A stretch of DNA of 61,246 nt, filler included, from Catajapyx aquilonaris (lineage: Eukaryota), in the NCBI GenBank assembly GCA_000934665.2. It is 3 parts of 3 records of this genome, joined end to end, with 100 filler letters (N's around TTAATTAATTAA, not from the genome) between each part and the next. Parts side by side here need not be neighbours in the genome. Positions count along the whole stretch, not along the records: positions 1 to 20,350 come from JYFJ02006284.1; 2 more parts are not named here. The stretch is one strand, 5' to 3'. A program made the translations under genes and the position numbers. Under the pieces are notes generated by a model, which saw nothing but the letters and a program-made list of their open reading frames with translations, made no database searches and was not told the origin of the DNA. This document shows, piece after piece, positions 1-12,498 of this stretch; the first letter of the stretch is position 1, and every line of letters begins with the position of its first letter.

Positions 1-792
1 TTATAATACTTACCTACCAATTTTGGCACAATAATGTGAAGGTTATGGGAACGGTAAATGATGGGGGCCAACACGATTTAACAGCCGGTGGGGCCAACCA
101 CTAGCCAGTCCGGCCCTGTGTGAGTGGATAAACCAAAATTCCCATAATAATATCCCCATACTCTTCCACCTATATGGGAAAGCAGAAAATTGTACCTGAA
201 ACTGGCATGAACTTCAACCTATGAAGACAAAAAAAAAACATTTTTTTGCATAAGTCTATGGTAAATTATTGCCAGAAATTATAATAAAGGCAAATATCGT
301 GCTCGAGTAATTTGACTTATGAAAGATTAATTCCTATTACTGCCTTTACTGGTACTTTACATTGTAGCCAACTAATGCCATGACTTTCTTCCACCAAGCT
401 CTTGCTTCCACACACTGCAAGAGCTTCGACTTATACATGCTTGAGTTATAATAGAAGTTCCACTGTATATAAAAATACTGTACATAACTAATAATGCTTC
501 ACAGTTTTATGTCATTTATTTTATTTTATCACTAGTAATGAAAACTACATTAATAATAATTGCACTGCCTCAGGGTTAGCTGAGAACAAGATGTTGGAAA
601 AATTCCTTGTTGAAATTCTATATATGATACAGTCTTCCTTAGGGGCTCCCGCCCCTAAAATAACGAAGGTTGTAGAAAATAACAGAACCAATTCATTTAT
701 TTGCCTCCCTGCCTCAAAAAATAACAGAACCATTGTTTAACTAATAATTATTTGTCTAAAATTGTCTGCTACATAGATTAATGAGAGGAATT

Positions 793-2635
793 CTATGATT
801 TCATAAAGCAAATGATTGTCTGTGTAAGCTCATATGAATTATCAGCCAGTCTTTCAACCACGTTGAAGTGATCCACCTCACTAATCATCATAAATTCTGA
901 GAGTATGCCAGCACACTTCAATAGCTGAAAGTACAAAAGATTCTTATCAATCAGTATAATGTGTAAAGTGAGACTAAGATGTGCAATTTATCCAGTTTTA
1001 ATTCATCAAAAATAATTCCATAATTTTACTTGTTTCAGGTAATTGTGCTCATTTCTATTGATGGAAACAGAGACTTTCCCGTTTCAAAATGGTACTTCTG
1101 TGTTCTGTCCCTGCGCTTACTCAACAAGCATACTACGGTACTGTAAATGGGTGGGAGAACCAAATTCGAAGGGGATTAACCAACATGACCTTGTGATCAT
1201 ACACGACATTTCCACCAATAGGAATACAAGCTCAATTCTGAAACACATGTGGTATGTAGAACATTACTATACATTGTAAAAACTTGAATCCCTCCCTTGA
1301 GCCCTGCACAATAAAATTGTACAAGTGGATCAGTATTACGCACCTTGTGAAATTCTGTTGATTGTCTGATGAACTCAGGTGACTCAATTTCCCCACAAGT
1401 CACCACACCTTGCACTCCCAAACCAGCAGCCTTAGAAAGCACATCCTTACTCCATAACAGAGGGCTCATTTCCTCAGCCATCTTCAAATCAAATCTCAAA
1501 GCATCATTAACATAGGTGTCCACCAATGGTCTCAGGTCATATACTCCTGATATGAGAATAACTCCCTTGAGAAGTCCAACATATGCTTGGTCCACAGTAG
1601 ATAAAAATTGTGGCACCAGAAGTTCTGCACACAGGTGGGCACCTGCAGAATGGCCACCAAATGCCACATGTTTCGCACCACATTCTGCAGCATACTTCAA
1701 GACAAATTTTGCTGCCTCCTGAATTTCTTGGACAATGGTTTTCAGTGATACTGGAAAGAAGTCATATTTTTGTAGTACAATAATAATTACAATTTTTTAA
1801 AATATCTGAAAATAATTCAAAAAACTATTTTCCACATCTAATAGAATTTAGTAGAATAGAATATTGTATAGTAATATTTGTTTGTTATAACATTCTCTGG
1901 TAAAAAGTACACAACACCCTATACTCTATACCAGCATTATAATATTGCCAGCAGATACGTATGAACGAGAACCTGGTAAACCTTGGAGACAAGGAATCAT
2001 AATATGTATTTGTACCTGAAGGGGCCAGATCATACCCAACAACAGCTACTCGAATCCCTGACTGAACCAATGGTAGGACACAATAGCTGGAAGTCTCTCG
2101 GCTCAGCTCCTGCCAGTACCCACCATGGACGTAGACAAATATAGGAGCATCTGAAAAAAATTCAAGCAAAAAATAAAAGTACAGAGCATATAATAAAGAT
2201 GCCAAAGCTATTTTAATTATTACTAATCATTCACCATTTGGGATTTTCTTCCCTCCAAAGAAGTCAATCTGTTGAGCTTCCTGTGGCCCATACCTGATGC
2301 CAAGAGTGCAGTCTACAGTTGACTTGTTTTCATTGCTTACTGTGAATGCAAAACAGTACAACTTACTGAATATGCCCGCAACAGTTCAATATGAATCAAT
2401 CCCTGCCAATATACCTTTAGAAATAAATTCCACGTGATTTGTGATTATTTCATCAGGACCAAGTCTCTTGGAGAAGCAGCTTGGAGACATCAATCTCTCC
2501 ACCTCCTGTTCACATGAAAATAATTCTGTACTGCACTGTATCAATTTGTATAAAAAACTATGGGAGCATTACATCAAAGCAAGATATTGAAATTCTGTGA
2601 GAGAAGCAACTCACTGTCATGTTTTTTGATGTCAT
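793..2635 (-). CDS. AFMID: Kynurenine formamidase (alpha/beta hydrolase), 6 exons: 2635-2615, 2505-2415, 2339-2235, 2150-2016, 1750-1344, 924-793
   Basis: All introns are GT-AG with compatible phases. Spliced product contains SPSCFSKR, YGPQEAQQIDFF, the HGGYWQ oxyanion motif, GYDLAP, the GHSAG nucleophile, ISGVYDLRPL, E-SPEF and DHFNVVE (catalytic His). TAG at 795-793. An in-frame upstream ATG at 2683 is an alternative start. Confidence 0.93.
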
Positions 2636-5600
2636 GGTCTCTCCTGGTTCGGCTGTACAGTTGTAGACATGCAGTTTATGCATGCACTGAAAATTAAACA
2701 GTTTCTGCCTGTCCAAAGGTTACTTTCAAGGATGAATTAGTTCATTAAACAGCTGATATGATAAACTATACTGGTCACTTGCCAAATTACTTTGCTGCCC
2801 TTAATGAGAAGACAAACCTGTCTCCTACACAGAAAATGATGATTGGTAGCACAAATTCGATGATATCCTTATTATTTATTTGTATGCATGAATTCTTTGG
2901 AAGCCTGTGACACATGAAATAATTATTTTATACTTTGCTATTAATCACTTGCAATATAACTGTAGAAGAGTGATCTGATTAATCATCAATGCAGTATACT
3001 GTACGGTACCATGTAGCCTATGTACCAAAATCCTAAACTGTACATGGCATGTTTTTATTATTTGCAAGATTGCTAAAATTACATGCCAGGAGGTCAAAAT
3101 CAAGCTGTGGTCAATTACATATGCATTGGTAAGGTGTCGTTTGGTTTCTGACCCCGCATGTTGATTGCCACATAGAGGAACTACCTCTCCATAAACCATA
3201 ATAAGAATATACTTGTGCCGATTTGTGCTCTCCTTGTGACCTCATTTAGGAAGGTATTTCAAAGGGGCATTTCTTTTCAAGAGAAGTACAGTAGGGTGAG
3301 TCCATATCAGATCAGCCAATAGGTGTCAAGTCACAGCCATCAATTTATAAAAAGTGAAACCACATCCAATATTATAATATTCTTTATGGTACTGTACAAG
3401 TCACCTTCAAAAAAAATATGCAATTTTGCATTCTTCTCAATAATTGAAATATGCAGAAACTGAATTTTGGTCCTCCAGGATTTCAAAACTGTTACGTACA
3501 GTAATATACTAATATCTTGATTTAACACTCCTGCATAACTTCCCCCCTTTTAACACACTTTTTCCAGTCCTTTGATCAGCCCCATAAGGCTGAGTAGCGT
3601 AGGGCTTCCTGCTTAATGCTTTCATGCATATACCACTCAATTTCCTTGTCCCCCCCCAAGACATTTACCCTGCATATAACATCAAATGGCATATTATGGG
3701 TACATACAAGAGCTCGAACCCTGCCACCTCCCACACGCCAGTAAGGCCCACTCTTTCCTAAATTTTACCCTGCTGGCTGAGATTTGGTTGGGCGAGCCAT
3801 GCAGCAATGGAGCAGATAGGCTTGCTGAGTCCTAGCAGGATGTGGCCTGAGACCCATGGCAGATTGGGGGTGGGGACGACTCAGAAGCAGGTCAGCTGTA
3901 GTATGGGAACGATGAGCAATTATTAACCACAAGCTATGAAAAACAGTGAATACACTTAGGATATATGAGGGCTTTTGTGGGATGGTGTAAAGTGGTGGGC
4001 CTTGTTGCCAATATTGTGGAGAGGAGCCTTATGTGAACTATGACAGTGATTAGTCACTCTTGTTTTGGGTGCTTCAGGGGATATTTTTGGGGTCTACGTG
4101 GTAAGTGGGCACGGCGTTATATTCGGCTACCTCGAGTCCGATTGGCGAGGATGCAGGGCAGGCTAGCCATCAGTTTTTTTAAAAATGTACTGTGCTTTAA
4201 GTGCGCCCTGGGCGGGTGCCCCTGTTGCCCCAGTCTAGTTACGGCTCTGAGTGGGCAGGTCAGTTCAGGTAAATGAGGTTTATAAGCATCCATATACATA
4301 GCAACAGTGAAGGCACACTTTCCTGAGAAAATGGCAAATTAAATAGCATTTCTCACACATAATGAATTCCCGCTCATAACACTAAGCTTTCGGGTGGTCC
4401 CTTGACGAGCGTTATATCAAGACTTGACTCTATTAGGTATGTATCAGTATCACAATGGTATCACTGGGATATAATCCACTGGGTTCTGGCAAAGGTTGTG
4501 GAAAGGGAGGTTGCGAGACAATAAAAGGTTGCAGACCCCTGAGGCCCTGATCTAAGTGTTATCGTGTAGGCCCTACTAATAAACTATCCACATGCTACAA
4601 GGGATCAGAATTGCATTCTGTGGAACTCTGCAAGGATGGAACCTTGACGGTGATTGGGTGAATGACAGATACATGTGTAATCAAGATGGAAATGGCAAAA
4701 TGACAAACAATTCTTCTCATCATTGCAGACTCTGTCATCAAGTAATGGGTAAAAAATAACAATAAAAATCCAGTATTTGAAATGTTGTTATTTATACCAT
4801 AAAGGAGCTTAGCCCAGAAAATAATTTATTCACATGATTTATCAAGCAAGTTTATGCCATTAACTCTTGACATCATAAGACCCACAAAAGAAATAGCTTG
4901 CTTCACTCTTAAAAATCTTTCCAGCAACACCTGGAGTAGCACTTTGTACAAAATCGATGGTCTCCTTTGAAAGCCTTGTCCCATTACAGATATACAGTAC
5001 AATTGGGACATGCTTAGTTTGCCACTGGCTCTAAAAACCCTGGTGTTCACATCACATAAACCCCACAATTTTAAGTCTCCCATCAGCATGGTTCATCAGG
5101 TGACAAGCTACGCTGCTATCATCATATGCAAACAATTTTCACCTGACAATAATTGTCAAACAGTCATGTGGAGACTCACTCAACTGAAGCTTCTGTATAC
5201 CATTTATGACACTTTCAGGGTTTTAATTTCTTTTAAACTGATCATTGCAGTGACAAATGCTTTCATGTAAGGCATTTTCCAACCAGTACCCATATTTGTG
5301 CAAAAAGAGACTGACCAAATTTTGATCTCATTGCCATCAATAATAATTTTCTTTGACACTTGGAATCCTTTTATCAGGTGAACATCAAAAAATTCAGGCA
5401 GTTTCATTAATTGATTAGGCCTACTCAATTAGGCCTGGCTGTGTAACAGCAAGGAAGGGAAAGTTATCAATTACATATTATGGATATTGTTAACAGCAGG
5501 AAATATATTTTCCCTGAATTGGCTTTCGTATAACCAGGCCTTGCAACTCTGTTTTCCTAATTTTATTGTAATGGTAACAAAACAAAATTAGAAAGGCCTC

Positions 5601-6584
5601 CAAACACATTCAAAATTCTGCTACCTGAGATTTTGAACGTTTTTGTGATAGTTTTAGAAAAAGAAAAGGAAAAAAAAAAAAACTTCCAAGCTACGAACAA
5701 TCAGCTTACATTATGGATTATTATTGGCAGATATTTGGGTGTCTATATAGTTTTTTTTTTTGCACAATTTAATGCCAGTGGAAAACACCCTTCAGTATAT
5801 GACCTGTAATAAAAGATACACATTTTCTACACAAAAATCTTAATTTTCTGTGAGAATGAAAACAAAGTGGTTCTATTTTCATTCTTACAACACAAAGAAT
5901 TTCCTATAGAAAGTGGATCACATCACATATGGCTCATAAAATTTGTTTAGCATGTATATGGTTGGAAAAATACATTACTTACTTTAATATGACGTTAACA
6001 ATGAAAAATAGATTACAGCATCATTTAGAAAAGAAAAATCACAGACTTCCAAAATGAGAAAACCAATTGGAAAGCAGCTTGTTTCAAATCTTACGACGAC
6101 ATTATTGGAATGTTTTACAATTTAATTCTCAGCAAAGTCAAGATTTCTAAAAACCTACTTTAAAAGGCTATATCAAAGAGCCACATGGGATCCCAATGAA
6201 TATCAACAACTCAATATGAATAGTATATCCCTACAATTATTCAACCCTAGGAGTTCATTTTAAAAACAAACAAACAAACAAACAAAAAAAAAACCTGCCA
6301 CAATTTTAGGCTAAACCACAAAAAGTGAAAACACAAGTCTTTCACCACATGCAATGCATTTTAAATTTTTGCCGTGATCACTTAGTAGCATCAAATCATT
6401 CACCATGTGATTCAAAAGGAGAGATGACAATAGAAATATCCCTCGTGTGCACACCCAGCACAGTACCAGTTCCATTGCATATGTATCTTCATATTGATTC
6501 ACCACAACTACTGCATCCAATGAGGCCGAAATGACACTGGCCCAGTCTCTTCCGTTTCACTGTATTAGTCAGTCATGCTTCCTC

Positions 6585-9500
6585 TCACTTAACAAATGCC
6601 TCCGGAGGGATCTTCCCTTCCCTCCTAAGCTCAGAGAAGACAAACGCTGCTCGGTTAAAATCCCACTGGTTTTCTTGCAGGCATTTGATTGACCATTCTC
6701 CATTCATTTGTGACTGCTGTGAAAATGAGAGGACCATCTGATGTTTGGTTGCCTCATCAGGCACATTAGATGGGGATACCACTGCTCCAAGTGGTGAGGT
6801 CACAACTCCTGATGGTGATGCCACAGCTCCAAGTGGGGATGTCACAGTCCCTAGAGGGGGTGACACCACAGAGCTTGCAGCAGCTGCTGGGCTTTCACCT
6901 GCAGCATAATTAATAGTGGAATAAAATATATTGCAGTGGGGCAGCCATAAAATTCACTTAAAGGGAGGGTTCAGAGATTTTGCATGTTGGGTTTCAAAGA
7001 TCAAGGAAGACTCCCTTATTCCAAAATTGTGGTCAGTTTTTAAATATGATGCCACGTAAGCAAATGCCATTAGGTCAAAGGCGCAATCCGCTATGGTAAT
7101 ACCGATAGCTAGTGCTGCCCGTGGAGATCCCGGTAACCTGCATTGACTAATTGCCCAATGAGATTGGCTTAGCTGCCGTGCCAATTTTTTTCAACTACGA
7201 AACTGCTGGATTTGGAACTAGGCTGGGAGAGGGAAGGTGAGAGAGGACATTGATAGTAATGCTAGTGCTTCAGGGAAGTGGCAGATTTGTTACGTGTTTA
7301 TTTTCGGGTAGTGGTTCAAGCACAATGCTCAAAGCCACGCACAATCCTCATCTCTCGGTGTGGTGATGCCGTCGCGGTATCTTCCAGCTCTTCCTCCGAC
7401 TCAAGACTCTACATCCAAGCCAACATCACAGGCGGCTAATATGTGGGCAAGGTATTCCGCGTCTTCCTCCGGATTATACCCCATAACAGTACTGTCTTGG
7501 TAGGACTCGAACCAGTATGGAAGTATCCCGTAGGCATCACTCGGCCACATGGTCTGGTCACTTGCGCCTCTCTCTCACTCTCGCCCTCCATCTGCCCTCC
7601 CCGCCTGCCTTCCCATGGCCCTTGGCACCCGGGGCACGTCCTAATCAGGTCGAAAACCCAACCACCTGTCTCGCAGGTGGCTTGTCTCTGGGGGGACGCT
7701 ATCTTTAATTCGTCTTCGAAGATTCCCTACTCACCGCTAGAGGGAACTTGTGTTTGGCACTAATTTTTTTTAAATCTACTTTTACGTGAAATTTTACGCT
7801 TACGGTGCATTTGCCAACAAAATGGACCACATATTTGAAATCAGGGAGTCTCCTAGCTCCCCCTAGTGTCACAAGTTTGTACCTCCACTGGTTTGCACGG
7901 TATACCGAAAATCTGGGAATTTTTCGATCACACCTCGTACCAACCCTCGATATGATCACCGCGTGTGACACGGCAAGAGTTTAACCGGAAATCGACCTCA
8001 TCCCAGGTGTGTTGCAAAATGTCCGGGGTTATGGAAGCCACAACAGAAGTCATACGGTGCTTCAGTTTGGCCACAGATCTCGGGAGGGGTGGCACAAACA
8101 CTGCATCCTTAATGTACCCCCACAAAAAAAATCACATGGCGTCAAATGCAGTGAACAAGGTGGCCAAGCCGGGAACGCTGCATCACTGTCAGTGGTATGC
8201 CCGATCCACCTTTGAGGCAGTAGCAGATTCAGGTAGTCCCGGACATGGAGATGGAAATGCGGAGGCGCTCCCACAGTCCGGAAGGTGTACGGACCTTTTT
8301 TTTTTTTTTGCAGAGAGCACTGTCACTGGCTTCCAGTACCAAGACATGTTGCAGGAGTGGTTAATGCTAAATGAGGTGGATATCCGGTTAAACGCCTGCC
8401 ATGTCACACATGGTGCTCCTCTCGATGGTTTGCAGGTATGAAAAAAACTTTCAACTTTCCTCTTTGCTATGAGATATATAAGGGAGTTATACCTTGCATG
8501 TTGCATTTTCTATAATTTTTTTTTTTACTTTGGTCCCATCGTTTGTGGTCACCCTGTATTGCCAAATGCATTAACAGTCAGATGTAATTATGTGAAAGTC
8601 AAAAATATTGGGTGCTGTTCACCATTCCATAGAAATTACAATAAAAATTCCTGCACATTCCAATTACTTCCTGGGCCCATTAAAAATTATACTAGTTTCT
8701 CATACAAAACAAACATGCTAACTCCCATCCCTAAGTTCTTTATCACAGTTTTGCAATCTCACTTTAGCATTCCCATTTTCACTATCACACAGTTTCATAA
8801 AACCTCTTCATAGGCAAAGTAAAATAGGTGGCCTACAAATTCCTGATCTTGTTTGGCAAGTACCCATTGTTTCGAACAATGCTAAATGACAGGTGTGTGC
8901 ACACAAAGTGATGGGAGATTGGTCACCTGATTGCATGACCAGATAACTATATTGCTATTATTATATATGCCACCATGTTCAAGTTATCATTAAGCCTGTG
9001 TTTATGCCCAGTGAGAAGTATATAATATGAAATAATATATTCATCCCCCCTAACATTACTATTATCATGGCTTGCCTTATGTGCACATGTCATGGGAAAA
9101 GGCAACAGGCGACAAATCTCCACTGCAGGATAAGAACAGTCACTTTCTACATGTACACAGCCTAAGAAACTGCAAGGAAACCAGTAAAGAAACTGTCACT
9201 GACCTGTTTGCACATATGGCACAGGACTTGGGCTGGGCGTAGGGTCGGGTGCCTTGAATGCACACTTGATTTGCTTGACTGTGGCATTGGTAATGAAAAG
9301 GACCTCATTCACGATGCAGAATCCGCTTCCATGTGGCACAAGCACAAAAGTGCGGAAGAATGAGCGGATGGGGGGATACCTCTCTGATGTACCAGACTCC
9401 TTGAAAACTCCACTTACACAGCAAAGTATAAGGGAAGCATTGGAGAAAGGTACATCCACCACAAATGAAGTGGGGTCATGCTGGGTTGCAGGCAACTGTG

Positions 9501-12498
9501 ACAAGAATGACACAATGTTTAAGTGTGTCTCTCTCAGAAGTTTCTGCCTCCTGTGCTCTTGCGTAACTTTCACCAGGTTGCGGCTCTCCTGCAAGAGGCA
9601 GTGGAATCAGTCATTAAATTTCACAGAGGAAACATTTAAAATCTGTTTCACCGACACAAGAAATTTTTAACACCATAATTTATACAGATCAGACACTGAT
9701 GTATGTTAAAAACATTTACAACAAACTAAGCCAGTGGCAAGTACAGCAGTAAGATATTTGCACTGTCATAATATAGGCAGGCACATTTATAAAACAACTT
9801 TTGCAAATCTTGAGTCCTTTCAACTTAAACAAGTTAGAAACTCAAGGATTGTTAGGTGATGGAAGCTACATACTTGCAGGTAGGAAGTAAGTTGAACATT
9901 GGTATCCACTGTCTGTATAGGTGGGTAGGCAGCTGACATGGAGAACTGCGCATTGGCATGGTATGCATCTAGCAGGGGCTGGCGGCTACTGGAATCATAT
10001 ATGGTGAAGTATTGCTCCAAAAATTGGAGGGCCACATCTTTGGCCTCCTTACTGCAGAAGAAGCTTCCCTAAAAAATTAAGAAATCCAACATGTAAAACA
10101 CATACTTAGATAAGTACAAGGGATGTGTCATGAGCTTCAGGTGCTTATATGTTGCACTTCTACAAACATCATCATCTCATATGATAAAAGCCATGTGGTG
10201 TGTTTCTCTGTTCCAAAAGTAAATAGTGAGATGTAGTAAAGGAAGGATAACAGCATTACTCTGTGGAGGCAACAGACAGCTTCACAATACTATGTGAGGC
10301 TGTTTAATTCAAAAAATTACAATGCCTAAAGCTTTGTGTGAGCCCTTTAATCAGTGATGGGATCAACATATCATATACAGAATTTATTGACATGTGTAAC
10401 AGCACCCTATTAAAGCTGTATTTACATGTGAGCGTTTGATGAACGAAGTTACCAATATTGTTTGAGGTGAAAGTAACAATCGATTTTCGGCCCAAACAAT
10501 ACTGGTTACTTGAGTTACTCAGCAATGTTACCGCTCAGCGAAGACTTCGCTTGTCAAATCACTTACATGTAAACGCAGCTTAACAAGTTGACTCATCGCC
10601 TAGGTAGTAGTTTCCATAGTTTTGACTTTACTCCTTCAACAATTAGACCACATATAGCAGTCAGAGATGATGGGCTCCACAGCAATGGAGGCGAGACATG
10701 CGCTGGTCGTAGCACCCTGTTGGGCTTTGTCAGCGTAGTGACTCATCACCAACATGCACATAGTACTACTTCCCCCCTGGGAGCAGCAGTAGTGCAGAGG
10801 GACAGACTCTGCGCCAACTGGTAGGGGCCTATGTGTATTACGTCCAACGTGGTCCAACGTATTACGTGGGGGGGGTGGGCAGGGGCAGGGGCAAAATTTG
10901 GCTATGGGTCCACTACTAGTTCAACAAGAAACTGCACATGTGACAATTAGTCCTCACCTGTGATGGTGGCAACTTGTTCGACTCTTCAATGTCAAACTTG
11001 ATTGGAGGAGGGAGATCGACTCCATCTAGCCGAAGAAGACTGGGAAACCTCTTGCGCACAACATTAACATAGGCATTATTGCCCTTGAACCTGTTACACA
11101 GTGGATTCCTGTCCAGACTCAGCTCTTCCAGAGGGAGGGAGGAGAGGGCATCAAGTTGCTGCAGGTCTGACAGGTTGTTCTTGGCCAAGATTAGGATCTT
11201 GAGATTGGGAGCCTTGGTGGTAAGCTGACTAAAGGGGCTCAGGTTGGAAAGTCGGTTTTCTGAGAGGTCCAATGCCTGCATTTCAGGAATGTGATCTCCT
11301 ATGGTTTGCAGTACATGGGCTGCCACATTTGTCCGGGTTAGTGGCACAAATGTGTCCTTCATTAGGTCAGCATCACGATGGAAATTTTTCATATCCAATG
11401 CACGGGTCTGAGTATTGTACCTGGTTGGTATAGAGTAACAGAAAATTTTACATTTGTAAATTTCAGGGCATATCTGAACCATAAAATGGTTTCAAAATAT
11501 CACATTAAACAAATAAGAAAATTAATACATTTCATCTTCAAGTAATTCAAGCAAGCAATTACTTGCATATTTAAAAGGGGTTTACTCATACATTCAATTA
11601 GATGTCAGATTAACTTTTAATATTACCTGCGACTCATGACATTCTTGATCTTCTCCTGCAGTTCTGGGTTTAGAGGCAGGTTTGGAGGTGGACATCGGTT
11701 GACATGCAAATTCACCCTATAACCATCATTGGCAGGGATGCTCCGAACATTGCGCCTGATCTCATCTGCAACTCCTTGAGATTCCAGGAAGAACACGGCA
11801 TTTGAGCCCTCCCTACTAAATCCCACTGGATGAAGGGCCTGACTAAGGGCAGCCTGCAGAGCATTCAGAAGCTGGTCCTTCTCCTGACGGGTCACATTAT
11901 ATAGAGTGACTTTGTGCCACATATGTCCCTGAAAATGGAAGATAGCAGCTGTCAATGTAAAATGGGGGTGGGGTGTGGTACAGTGGGGTGTTTAATCTTG
12001 GACACATACAGCCTGAACCTATCAGTCAAATAATTAACAATTTTTTTCCATGAAGTGATGACCAATATAGTGCAAACTTATCTTTAACACAAATTTTTAT
12101 AGGAAACGCAGGTTTCATCAAGCTTCGCAGGGAATACACACCTGCATTCCTCTGTAGGCATTGTTTGGCAGTGGGGGCATCCTCCCACCCCTCTTCCCTC
12201 TCCTCCCTTGGCCTCTGTAAGGGGCATATCGAGTTGCACTGGGACCTGGACCAGCCCCACCAGCCATGTCCACATCCTCATCAATGATCCGCAGTCTGGA
12301 TGGTGCCAGATACATATTCTGGTTCCTTTTACGGATCCTCCCACCTCCATTCCCCCTGGGAACAGCTTGGCCTTCCTTAAAGGTCACTCTTCTCCCTTCA
12401 TCCCAACGGTCATCATGCTGGAAGAAGTTGTTGCGGTGCACCTCCCTCTTGGATTCCGCAATGAACACCAGGTTTTTCCCACCTGTGTGCTTTGGCAT
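6585..12498 (-). CDS. NXF1: Nuclear RNA export factor 1 (TAP/sbr-like), coding exons 12498-12142, 11928-11627, 11420-10958, 10068-9874, 9588-9204, 6898-6585
   Basis: Phase-compatible GT-AG exons give HDDR, an RG-rich N-terminus with RYAPY, an RRM-like segment (WHKVTL), LRRs (LDLSENRL...NPLC...RFPSLLRLDG-DLPPPI), an NTF2-like domain (FLEQYFTIYD, LLDAYH, RSFFRTFVLVP) and a UBA domain (WSIKCLQENQWDF...IPPEAF). Confidence 0.95.
7288..7873 (-). mobile_element. Probable solo LTR in the last NXF1 intron
   Basis: TGTTAC...GTCACA termini, near-identical 5-bp flanks (agatt/agttt), and AATAAA just inside the 3' end on the minus strand. Confidence 0.5.
7900..8557. mobile_element. Tc1/mariner remnants: a minus-strand transposase C-terminal fragment and an oppositely oriented, internally deleted fragment
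   Basis: Minus strand reads GAPPHF...RWIG...WPP-S--LTPCDFF/WGYIKD...CRVTRGDHIE. Plus strand reads FAESTVTG...LNACHVTHGA. TIR-like ends CACACCTCGTA (~7938) and CACCCTGTA (~8557). Confidence 0.85.
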
